Positions 37,426 to 49,520 of a DNA stretch of 64,000 nucleotides are shown piece by piece. The notes under the pieces were generated by a model. The model was not told where the DNA came from. It worked only from the letters and a program-made list of their open reading frames with translations, and did no database searches. Source of the DNA: Scyliorhinus canicula. Taxonomy: Eukaryota. The stretch lies in assembly GCF_902713615.1 (NCBI RefSeq), contig NW_024055446.1, positions 1 through 64,000 of the forward strand, written 5' to 3'. Position 1 is the stretch's first letter, and the number at the start of each line of letters is the position of its first letter. The position numbers and the translations under genes were made by a program.

Positions 37426-38834
37426 AAAAAAGAGTAAAGTTCTATGTGTAGGTTAATGTACCTTTTAGTTTGTTGCATTAAAAGTCATAACACGTGAAGT
37501 CCCGCCGTGTGATTCTTTAATTTGTTGACTGGGAATTCAATTTTTAAAAAATAATTTGCTGACCTTTATGGAGGTCCTAATCCACAAATTCTGACTTCCC
37601 TCGTGCACCTGTCTGTCTCTATTGTTCGTGTCACTGACAGCCACGTGATGGAGCTGAGGGCTGAATTTAGCTGAGAGTAAAGGAGCCTGTGCACGAATAG
37701 AGACAGGAAGGGCTGGAGGCCTGACTGGGAAATGGATCTCCAACTAATCAGGGGTGGGGGGTTTCGGCGACCACAGTTTACATATAGAAAAATCCCGGAG
37801 TTCCCCTCAGGGAAGTGTGTGTAAAGGCCACAATGTTACAGAAATTCAGGTAAACAGGTTACAAGGGGAAAGAATATAATGGAAATGTTTGCACCGAGCA
37901 CTAGAAAACTCTAAGGCTACAAAAGGAAGAACCTTATTGATTGTCATGATGGGGAATGTAGACAGAGGGAGGCAACACAGAGAAGATCTGAATAACTTTA
38001 ATAAACTTTATTCAACAGTAATGACACTTACACACATTAAAACAAAGGACCTACAATACAAACAGATTCTCAGAGGTCAGACTGAGGATAAGATTGGACA
38101 TGAAGAGATAAATAATCCGAAAGGACAGACAATGTATATTCTCACTGAGCCAGAGGGTCAGGAGATGGACTAAATACAAAGACATTCTTAAGTTTTTAAG
38201 AGAGGAGATATTCAGTTCTAAACCATGAGAAAAGTAGTGGTAATATCACACAGACTGACTAAAGAGCATGACATCATTTACCAAATGAATTAATGGGTTC
38301 ATGTGTTCCACTTTGATAAATAAATAACCAGAGTGTGTTGACAAGTTAAGAACGCGTTACTAAAGCCAAAAAGGATCAATACACAAAAGCTCGGTGTTCC
38401 TGAGCAGATTGATCAGATTAGAATAACGTGCTCACTGATCTTTCTGATGAGACCTCCCGTCAGTATCCAGTAATCTCACGGTCTCTGTCTGGAATGGGTT
38501 ATGTGATAGAAATAAAAACATTGAACCAATGTCTCATTGTTTCTTAGTTTCCGAGCTCGTATTAAGTGTTATGGATAATTCGGTAAAAACACATGGTATA
38601 TTTAGATTTTCGGGAGCAACACTGTAACCATTTGAAATGAAATCCAGGATCTCTGATCATTATGAATTCCATTATCAGAAGCTGTGTTTCCAGACAGCAC
38701 ACACAGCCACCCTCTGTACAGTGTGAACTTACTGAGGAGTCAAAGGTTTAAATGACTGAGTGAATCCCTTCCCACTCAGATCAGATGAACAGTCTCAGCC
38801 CAGTGTGAACTTTCATCAGGTCAGTTGAAACATT

Positions 38835-39340
38835 TCCACACATAAAGTGAATGACTGTCGAACAGCAAACTGTGTGACTGAGTGAATCCCTACACACACA
38901 CGGCACGTGAATGACTGTCGAACAGCAAACTGTGTGAATCCCAACACACACACACAGGGCAAGTGAATGACTGTCGAACAGCAGACTGTGTGACTGAGAG
39001 AATCCCTACACACACAGACAGGGCAAGTGAATGACTGTCCAACAGCAGACTGTGTGACTGAGTGAATCCCTATACACACACAGGGCAAGTGAATGACTGT
39101 CCAACAGCAGACTGTGTGACTGAGTGAATCCCTATACACACAGCAAGCGAATGACTGTTGAACAGCAGACTGTGACAGTGAATCCCCCCACACACACACA
39201 CACACACACACACAGCAAGTGAACAACTGTCCAACAGCAGACTGTGACTGAATCCCTGCACACACACAGACACACACACACACGGCAAGTGAATGACTGT
39301 CCAACAGCAGACTGTGTGACTGTGATAATCCCTACACACA
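38835..39340 (-). repeat. ~55-60-bp repeat derived from internally deleted zinc fingers, with (CA)n insertions
   Basis: Units contain GGGATTCACTCAGTCACACAGTCTGCTGTTGGACAGTCATTCAC on the - strand. Confidence 0.75.
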
Positions 39341-39856
39341 CGACACATAGAGCAGATGGTTGGCCTCTCCCCAGTATGAATACACTGGTGTCTCAGAAGG
39401 ATGTATGTCTAATTGACTCTCCTCCCACACTCGGAGAATGAGATGGCCTCTTCCCAGAGTAAGTGCAATGGTGAACTGTGAGGTGAGATGTTTGCCTGAA
39501 TCCAGTCCCACAGTGAGACCCCTGAACTCACTCACATCCGTGAACACGTCAATGGGAGATAAAGTTCCTCGGAAAGTTTACAGCACTTCCCGCAGTCTGG
39601 GCAGTTAATAGGTCACTCATCAGTGTGAACTGGCTGATGTCTCACCAGGTTGGACAAGTGAACTAATCCCATCCTACACTTGGAACAGGTGAATGGCCTC
39701 TCCCCAGTGTGAAGTCGCTGGTGGATCAGCAGGTAGGATGAATGAGTGAATTGTTTTCCTCACACAGAACAACTGAATGGTTTCTCCCCAGTGAACTCGC
39801 TGGTGTATCCGCAGTTGGGATGACTGACTAAATCTCTTCCCATATTCAGAGCAGGT

Positions 39857-40512
<656 letters not shown>

Positions 40513-40644
40513 GAATGGACTCTTGGCAGTGTGACTGTGATGTACAGTGGGGTCAGATGAACGCCTAAACCTACTGTCACAGTGAGAGCACTTGAACCGT
40601 ATCTCAGCAGTGTGAACAAGTTGGTGGGATATCAGGGCTCCAGT

Positions 40645-40935
40645 GGGCAGCACGGTAGCATAATGGCTACCACTATGGCTTCACAGCACCAGGATCCCAG
40701 GTTCGATTCCCAGCTTGGGTCACTGTCTGTGCGGAGTCTGCACGTTCTCCCCATGTCTGCGTGGGTTTCCTCCGGGTGCTCCGGTTTCCTCCCACAAGTC
40801 CCATTAGGTACTTTAGACAGTCTGAATTCTCCCTCATTATACCCAAACAGGCGCTGGAATGTAGCGACTACGGGCTTTTCACAGTAACTTCATTGCAGTT
40901 TTAATGTAAGCCCACTTGTGACAATAAGGATTATT
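40645..40935 (+). mobile_element. V-SINE inserted into the ZNF pseudo-exon
   Basis: GGGCAGCACGGTAGC head, core and ATAAGGATTATT tail. Confidence 0.85.
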
Positions 40936-41645
40936 TAAAAATTCCCGCAATCTGGACATTTAAAAGGTCTCATCAGTGTGAACCTTCTGGTGTGTCAGCA
41001 AGTGTGATGAACAAGTGAATACCTTCCCACACTCACAGCAGGTGAACGGCCTCTCTCAGTGTGAGTGCCCTGATGTACAGTGAGGTCAGATGATCGTTTG
41101 AAACCAGTCCCAATGGGAGAGCAGCTGAATGGTCCTTCATCAGTGTGAATACGTTGACAGGACTTCAGTTCCCAGGAGATTCGACAGTACTTCCCACAGT
41201 CCAGGCATTTAACGGTCTCTCATCAGTGTGAATCCGCTGGTGTCTCAGCAGGTTGGATGGCTGAGTGAATCCTTTCCCACAATGAGGGCAGGTGAATGGC
41301 TTCTCTCTGGTGTGAATTCGCTGGTGAACCAGCATAGCTGATGCACAAGTGAACCCCTTTCCACACTTGGAGCAAGTGAATGGCCTCTCCCCAGTGTGAA
41401 TGCGTTGGTGTGTCCGCAGTTGGGATGGGGTAATAAATCCTTTCATACAGTTAGAGCAGGTGAATGGTCTCTCCCCGGTGTGAACTCGCTGGTGTTGAGT
41501 GAGGTTAAATGATCGCCTGAACCCAGTCCCGCAGTGAGAGCATCTGAACGGTTTCTTGTCAGTGTGAACACGTTGATGGGACTTCAGATCCCCAGAACTT
41601 TTATAGCACTTCCCACAGTCTGGGCATTTAAAAGGTCTCTCATCA

Positions 41646-42188
<543 letters not shown>

Positions 42189-42999
42189 TTAATTATTGAC
42201 AAGACTGAAGCCTTGTCTTCAGTCCCAGCTATAAACTCCACTCCCTCACCAGTGGCTCCATCCCTCTCCCTGGGAACTGTCTGAATCAGACGGTTCACAA
42301 CCTCAGTGTCATCTTTCACCTAAATATGGGTTTCCAACCACATCATAACCAAGACCGTTTATTTCCACCTCAGTGCTCGTCTCTCTCTCGCTGTGTAATC
42401 TCCTCTCTGCCCTTGACTCACTCTCTCTCCCTCTTATCTCCCCCTGCTCGTCTTTCTCTTGTTAGTGAAAGGGCAGGGAAGTGGAAGAAGCTAATTTGCT
42501 CTTTCAGAGAGCTAGCATGGGCAAGACAGGCTGAATGGCCCCGGCCCCTGTCTGTATTTTAATCACTCAATAATTCAATGAAAAAAGACTTACACTGGAG
42601 GCGATGGACCAGATTCTGCCTCCGGACCTACCCTGCTACAAACTGGCTCTTAATTGGTCTGTCTGTGTTTCCATGAGCGACGCTTGCAATAAAAAAAATC
42701 AAAATACTGCAGTTGCTGGAAAGCTGAAATGAAAAGAGGAAATGCTGGAAACACTCAGCAGGATCTGTGGGAAGGGAAACAGATTTCACATTTTCACTTT
42801 GTGCAGAATGAACTGCAGGGAATAAAAATGGTCAATATAAGCTCAGAAGTGGAAGAGAAATGCATTATGCCACAGGAAAAGCAATTCCTGACTCTGAAAG
42901 GTGCAGTGAGATGGTCGGGGGATGAGCAGTGATGGAAACCTCATTTAGACATGGTCGATGGAAGTAACAATAACATTTAAAAAAAATTAATGTACAGGA

Positions 43000-43620
43000 T
43001 GCTGGTTAGGCCAGCATTTATTGTCCATCCTTAGATGCCCTTCAGAAGGTGGTGCTGAGTTGCCTTCTTGAACCGCTGCAGTCCTGGGCATGTAGGTACA
43101 TGCACTGTGCTGTTAGGGAGGGAGTTCAAGGATGTTGCCCCAGCAACAGGAGGAGCGGCGATATATTCCCAGCTCAGGGCGGTGAGTGACTTGTAGGGAA
43201 GCCTCCAGGTGGTGGGGTCCCCAGATATCTGCTGCCCTTGTCCTTCTAGATGGTAGTGGTCGTGGGTTTGGATTGTGTTGTCTAAGGAACCTTGTTGAGT
43301 TACTGCAGTGCATCTTGTAGATGGTACACACGGCTGCCACTGTTAGTCGGTGCTGGAGGGTTTTAATGTTTGTGGAAGGGGGACAATCAAGCGGGCTGCT
43401 TTGTCCTGGATGGTGTTGAGCTTCTTTAGTGTTGTTAGAACTGCACTCATGCAGGCAAGTGGAGAGTATTCCATTACAGTCCTGACTTGTGCCTTACAGA
43501 TGATGGACAGGCTTTGAGGGGAGTCAGGTGGTGAATTACTAGCCGCAGGATTCCTGGCCTTTGACCTGGCAGCCACATTATGAATGTGGCTAGTCCAGTT
43601 CAGTTTCTGATCAATGGAAC
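43000..43620 (-). mobile_element. CR1/L2-clade LINE 3' fragment
   Basis: ICKAQVRTVMEYSPLACMSAVLTTLKKLNTIQDKAARLI. Confidence 0.75.
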
Positions 43621-44093
43621 CATGCTAAATATATTTAAAATATGTTAAAACTCATTCATTACTGGAGACAGAGAACAATGGTGGAAGGTGATTCGGGAGA
43701 ACAGGGGTAAGCAGATGGAGATGGATTCAGGCCCAGAGTAAATAACAGACCCACAAATCTTTGGAGGCATGGGGCACAATGTCCCAGGAGGGAGAGAGAT
43801 CCAGAGAGCAGAATTCACTTCTTTTCCTTGACTTCTCTACTTATCATCTGGGTCCCTGCAAATCAGGGAAATGGACGGTCAAATTCCCAAGATCAAAGAC
43901 TAATCCAGTTTGATGGACAGGTTTTCTCCATTCTGAACAATGGGGAACAACCTCCTCCCAGTCATTCAAAATGTTGCCCTTACACAGATGGCGGCCGGAC
44001 ATGCGCCTTGCTGCATCTTGCCCACCAGAAAGATTGAGCCTCCAGTCGTCGGCTAATCATTCTCCAAGGCGGCCTTCAAGACACAGGACAACA

Positions 44094-44315
44094 AGGGCAG
44101 CACCACAAGCGGTTAGCACTGGGACTGCAGCGCTGAGGACCCAGGTTCAAATCATGGCCCTGGGTCACTGTCCTTGTGGAGTTTGCACATTCTCCCCGTG
44201 TCTACATGGGTTTCAGCCCACAACCCAAAGATGTGCAGGTTAGGTGGATTGGCCAGGCTAAATTGCCCCTTAATTGGGAAAAAAAATAATTGGATACTCT
44301 AAATTTATTTTTAAA
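44094..44315 (+). mobile_element. V-SINE
   Basis: GGGCAGCAC head and core. Confidence 0.8.
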
Positions 44316-44774
44316 AAGACACAGAGACAACCCAAAATTGCCGAGCAGAAACTGGTCATCAGACTCTGCTCACATGAGGCCGGCCTGAACCGGGATCTCG
44401 GGTTCATATCACATTACATGTAACTCCGACCATACTGCCCGCGTTTACAGAATCCTACTCACTGTCCTGGTTTGAGACAATTCACACCTCAATTACCTGT
44501 GATTATCCCTCACTCTGTTTGTTCCTATAGAGACTGTCATTCCAGTCTGTAATGAATGAATTAAAATCACTTATTGTCACAAGCAGGCTTCAATGAAGTT
44601 ACTGTGAAAAGCCCCTAGTCGCCACATTCCGGAGCCTATTCAGGGAGGCCGGTACGGGAATTGAACCCGTGGTGCTGGCCTGCCTTGGTCTGCTTTAAAA
44701 GCCAGCGATTTAGCCCAGTGTGCTAAACCAGCCCTGTTTGTATCTGGCAATTGTGTCTCTGCCTATATATACTA

Positions 44775-44935
44775 TAAGAAGTCTTACAACACCAGGTTAA
44801 AGTCCAACAGGTTTGTTTCAAACACGAGCTTTCGGAGCACGGCTCCTTCTTCAGGTGAATGAAGGAGCCGTGCTCCGAAAGCTCGTGTTTGAAACAAACC
44901 TGTTGGACTTTAACCTGGTGTTGTAAGACTTCTTA
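44775..44935. repeat. Perfect 75-bp inverted repeat with an 11-nt loop, probably a Penelope-like retroelement terminus
   Basis: Arms 44775-44849 and 44861-44935 are exact reverse complements. Related copies lie at 45000-45125 and 47070-47205. Confidence 0.85.
44823..44857 (-). ncRNA. Minimal hammerhead-ribozyme-like motif
   Basis: CAC-CUGAAGA-A-GGAGC(CGU)GCUCC-GAA-AGCU-C-GUG: core, 5-bp stem II, palindromic stem III, 3-bp stem I. There is an extra A before stem II. Confidence 0.5.
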
Positions 44936-45329
44936 CTGTGCTCACCCCAGTCCAACGCCGGCATCTCCACATCATATATACTATGTTTATGAACCTGCCT
45001 CCACTTCACCTGGCAGGATCACCGCTCCGAAAGCTTGTGATTTCCAATAAACCTGTTGGGCTTTACCCTGGTTTTGTGAGACTTCTCCCTGGGCTCACCC
45101 CAGCCCAGAGGCGGCATCTCCACCCCACCAGAAAGGTGGCGTCAAACAAGGCCTATCACGAGAAGTTGGGGGCTCTGTTCAGCGCAAATATGGGGACTGG
45201 GAAGTTATTTCTCATAGTTTCAGCTTGAAAAGGATGTTTTGATGTATCTCCACCAACCTGGCAGATCTGTCCTCCGGAGCACCGCCAACTCCCCCGGCAC
45301 CGACCGCGGCCCCGAGACACAACAGTGAC

Positions 45330-45600
45330 AGCCCAGCCCCGCCCCTCATTGTCTCCGATTGGCTGGAGGACCAGCCTCTCCCACACGGTTCTCCAGCCCC
45401 GCCTCTCATTCACTCCGATTGCTTGGAGGACCAGCCTCTCCGATTCGGTCCTGCAGTCCCGCCCCCACTTTCTATTGGTCGCGAACCGCCGTCAATCATG
45501 CCCAGGGAGCTGGAGCATGCGTGGTGCAGCTGCCAGGCCTGAACATTATTGCGCATGCGCGGAGTCGAGGCCTTTGGCGGAAGGAGCCGGAGAAGCGGAG
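45330..45600. promoter_or_regulatory. CpG-rich promoter: duplicated 59-bp GC-box/CCAAT block and NRF1 site
   Basis: CCCCGCCCC, ATTGG (45358-62, ~45474), GCGCATGCGC (45551-60). Confidence 0.65.
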
Positions 45601-46040
45601 TCAGCGTCAGGCGGGGTGGGAGGATTTGGAAACACTTTGGGATCCGCAAACCCTTCACCATCATTGTCAGCTCCCTGCTTTGCAGCTGCGGGGCTCAGAT
45701 CAATGAGGACTCTGATCTCTGGCAAGGAAGGAACTTCTCAGACAGCAGTGGAAGCTGCTTCATTAAATATATTCAAGGCTCAGTTAGATCCGAAAGGCAG
45801 TCAAAGGTTATGGGTGACAGGAAGAAAATGAAGTTTAGGGTCACAATCCGATCAGCCATGATCTTATTAAATCGAAGTGCAGGATTGATGGGCCGAATGG
45901 CCGATTCCTGCTTCTGAGGATCTTAAGATCTCTCCATTGAGAAAAGGAAATGCTGTGAACATCTGTCCATCAGCATGAGTTAGCACCTTCTGGAGAAGGG
46001 AGGGTGTATCTTCGATGCAGCAAAGTGAGAATGGAGGGAG

Positions 46041-46140
46041 NNNNNNNNNNNNNNNNNNNNNNNNNNNNNNNNNNNNNNNNNNNNNNNNNNNNNNNNNNNN
46101 NNNNNNNNNNNNNNNNNNNNNNNNNNNNNNNNNNNNNNNN
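46041..46140. other. Assembly gap (100 N; true size unknown)
   Basis: Run of N. Confidence 1.
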
Positions 46141-46455
46141 CACGGGCTGTGTACAGTCAGACAGCAGTGTAGATCACTGGGCAGCTGCTTTAATACTGTC
46201 AGTAACACCGGCTGTGTACAGTCAGACAGCAGTGTAGATCACTGGGCAGCAGCTTTAATACATTCAGTAACACCGGCTGTGTACAGTCAGACAGCAGTGT
46301 AGATCACTGGGCAGTTGCTTTAATACTGTCAGTAATACCGGCTGTGTACAGTCAGACAGCAGTGTAGATCACTGGGCAGCTGCTTTAATACTGTCAGTAA
46401 CACCGGCTGTGTACAGTCAGACAGCAGTGTAGATCACTGGACAGCGGCTTTAATG
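46141..46455. repeat. 65-bp minisatellite abutting the gap, ~5 copies visible
   Basis: CTGTGTACAGTCAGACAGCAGTGTAGATCACTGG at 46147, 46212, 46277, 46342 and 46407. Confidence 0.92.
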
Positions 46456-46609
46456 TCGGTGTAATTTCATTCTGTACAAAACAATTCGGAACTGGAACAA
46501 TGAACCTTCCTCCAACTAAATAGATTTTCATGTTGAAAATGTCAATTTCAGGCTGTAAAATTATTGTCATATTGTGTCAGAGAGTGTGTTTTCTTCATTT
46601 TTGCGCTGT

Positions 46610-47800
46610 AGGAGTCTCTGGCTGGGCCAGCATTTATTTCCCACCTCTCATTGCCCTTGAGAAGATGGTGGTGAGCTTCGTTCTTCAACCACTGCAGTCC
46701 ATGTGGTGTTTGGGAGGCAGCTCCAGAATTTTGAATCATGGACAGTGAAGAAACAATGTGATATTTTGAGGTCACGATGGTGAGAGGCTTGATGGAGAAA
46801 TTCCAGTTGGTGATGTTTCCATGTATCTGCTGTCCTTGTGCACATGGTAGCTGTTGTGAGATTTGAAGGTGCTGTCCAAGCAGCCATGACCAGTTCCTTC
46901 AGAGCATGTTGTAGGTGGTAAACACTGATGCGACTGTTCCTCAGCGGTGGAGGGAGGGAGTGGTTGTCGATGGTGTGCCAATCAAGCGGGCTACTTTTGT
47001 GTCATTGGAGCTGCATTCATCCAGACAAGTGGGGAGCATTCCATCACACTCCTGAATGTGCCTTGCAGATGGTGATATGGAGATGCCGGCGTTGGACTGG
47101 GAGGAGCACAGTAAGAAGTCTCACTCAGGTGACTCACCTGATGAAGGAGCTGCGCTCCGAAAGCTAGGGATTCCAACAAACCTGTTGGACTTTAACCTGG
47201 TGTTGCAGATGGTGGACAGGCTTTGGGGCGTCAGGAGGTGTTTTGGATGCAGAATTCCGAGTCTCTGACCTCTTGTCACAGCCACACTGTGTATATGGCG
47301 AGTCCAGTTCAGTTTCTGGTCAATGGTCAGCAGGGGATTCAGCGATGGTAATTCCATTGAATGACATGGGGTGATCGTTCGATCTTCGCTTGTTGAGATG
47401 TCCATTGCGTGCACTTGTCTGGTGCGAATGTCCTTTCCCCTTGTCAGCCCAAGCCTGGATATAGTCCAGATCTTGCTGCATTTAGCAATGGATGCTTCAG
47501 TAACTGCGGAGTCGTGAATGGTGCTGCACATCGTTCAATGATCAGCCAAGATCCCCACTTCTGACTTTTGGAAGGTCATTGCTGAAGCAGCTAAAGGTGG
47601 TGGGGCCGGCACTGAGGAATCCCTGCAGTGATGTCCTGGAACTGAGATGATTGACCTCCAAAAACCGAAACCATCTTCCTTTCCGCTGGGTATGACTCAA
47701 ACCAGCGGGGAATTTCCCCCCGATTCCCATTGACTCCAGTTTTGTTTGGGCTCCTTGATGCAACACTGGTTCAAATGTTGCCTTGATGTCACGAACAGTC
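46610..47800 (-). mobile_element. CR1/L2-clade LINE fragment with a Penelope-like insert (~47070-47205)
   Basis: RSVMECSPLVWMNAAP; insert contains CTGATGAAGGAGCTGCGCTCCGAAAGCT. Confidence 0.7.
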
Positions 47801-47809
47801 ACTCTGAAC

Positions 47810-49520
47810 TGTCCGTGTGTTCTTTATGTGTGTCCCTGTGTGCGAGTTCTTAGGTGTTCATTGTGTATGTGTGTGTGAGCGTGTGTCCGTTCCCGTGTGT
47901 GTGTGTATCCCTCTGTATCCCTGTGTACGTGTTCCTCGGTGTTCATGTTTGTCTGTGAGCGTGTGTGTCTGTTCCTGTTTGTGTGCTGCTGTGTGTGTGT
48001 TTTCTTGATTGTGTGTATGTTGCTGTGTTGCGCCTCTGAGTGTAAGTGTTTGTGAACATATGTGTGTGTTCCTGTGTGTCCCTTTGTGTGTGTTCCTGTG
48101 TGTGTGTGTGAGAGAGAGACAGAGTACGTGTATGTATGTGAGATAGGTGTGAGAGGGAGAATAAAATAATGTGCAAGGGAGAGTTTTTGTGTGAATGTGT
48201 GTGAGGGGATGTGTGTGCGTGAGATTTTCTGTGTGAGTGAGAGAGGCAATGTGTGTGAGAGTGTGTGGAAATGGGAGATTGTGTGCGTGAGTTCGAGATA
48301 GGGTGTGTATGATTGAGTGTGTGTGAGAGATTAGAGAGCATGTGGGTTGTACCTAAAACAGAGAGAGAGGGACCACGTGTGTCAGAGAGAGGCAGAATGT
48401 GGGGGCGTTTGTGTGTTTCTGAAAACGTGTGATAGAGTATGCCAAAGACCATGTCTGAGTTTGAGTGAAAGAAAATGTGTTTACGAGATATGTATGTACT
48501 AGTGTTTGTGTGTGAGAGAGAGAGAGAAATAAGTGCTTGTGTGAGTATGTGTGTGTGTGTATGAGAGTGTGCATGTGCGAAAGAGAGAGATCGTGTGAGA
48601 GAGACACGTGACACAGTGTGCCTGAGAGGGAGCAGGTGAGAGAATGTATGTGTGCGCCAGGGTGCGTGTGTGTGTCCGTGGAAGTGTGTGTGAGAGAAAG
48701 GGAGAGAGATAGTATGTTTGAGATTATGTGTGTGAAAGAAGGAATGATTCTGTTTGAAGAGCGATTATGGATGTGAGACTGTGGGAGAGAGAGATCTGTG
48801 TGTCTGAGATAGTGTGTCTGCCATAGAGAGGGAGTGTGTGAGAGAAAGAATGTGCGTATGAGAGAGTGTGTGTGTCAGAGAGAGAGGGAATATGAGAGAG
48901 TGTGAGATACTGCATGCCTGAAAGAGAGAGATAGATTGTGTGTCAGAGAGAGAATATGAGAGAGAGTGTGAGATATTGCATGCCTGAAAGAGAGAGATAG
49001 ATTGTGTGTCAGAGAGACAATGAGACAGTGTCCACGAGAGAGAGAGGGCATGTGCCAGGATGCACGTTTGAGAGTGCGTGAGAGCGAGACAGTGAGAGAG
49101 TAATAATGTGTTGGCGAGTTTGTGTGCGTCTGAGATATTGTGTATGTATCAGAGGGAATGCGTGTGAGAGAGAGCCTGAAAGAAAACATGCGGTGTTTGA
49201 AGAGCGATTATGCATGTATGTGAGGGAGAGGGTCTGTGTGTTTGAGCGTGGGTGAGAGAGAGAGAGAGGCAAGGTGTATCAGAGAGATTTGGTGAAAGAG
49301 TGCGTGTGCGATAGAGCGTGTGCGAGTGAGAGCGTGTGAGCGAATGTGTGTGTGAGGGAGGCAGATCGTCACAGTGTGTCTGAGAGTGAGATTGTGAGAG
49401 TCATTGTGTGCGAGGCACAGTGTGTATGTTTGAAAGAAGTATTGTGATTATGTGTGTGAGAGAATGAGTTTGTGTGAGGCTGTGAGAGAATGTGTGTGAG
49501 AGAGCGAGAGTGTGTATATG
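47810..49520. repeat. GT/GA-rich low-complexity tract (C/A-rich on the sense strand of IgH copy 2)
   Basis: Composition. Confidence 0.85.

Noticed and set aside
37880-38700. Possible LTR or ERV remnant
   Set aside because: No recognisable LTR ends, PBS or protein motif by eye; left unannotated.
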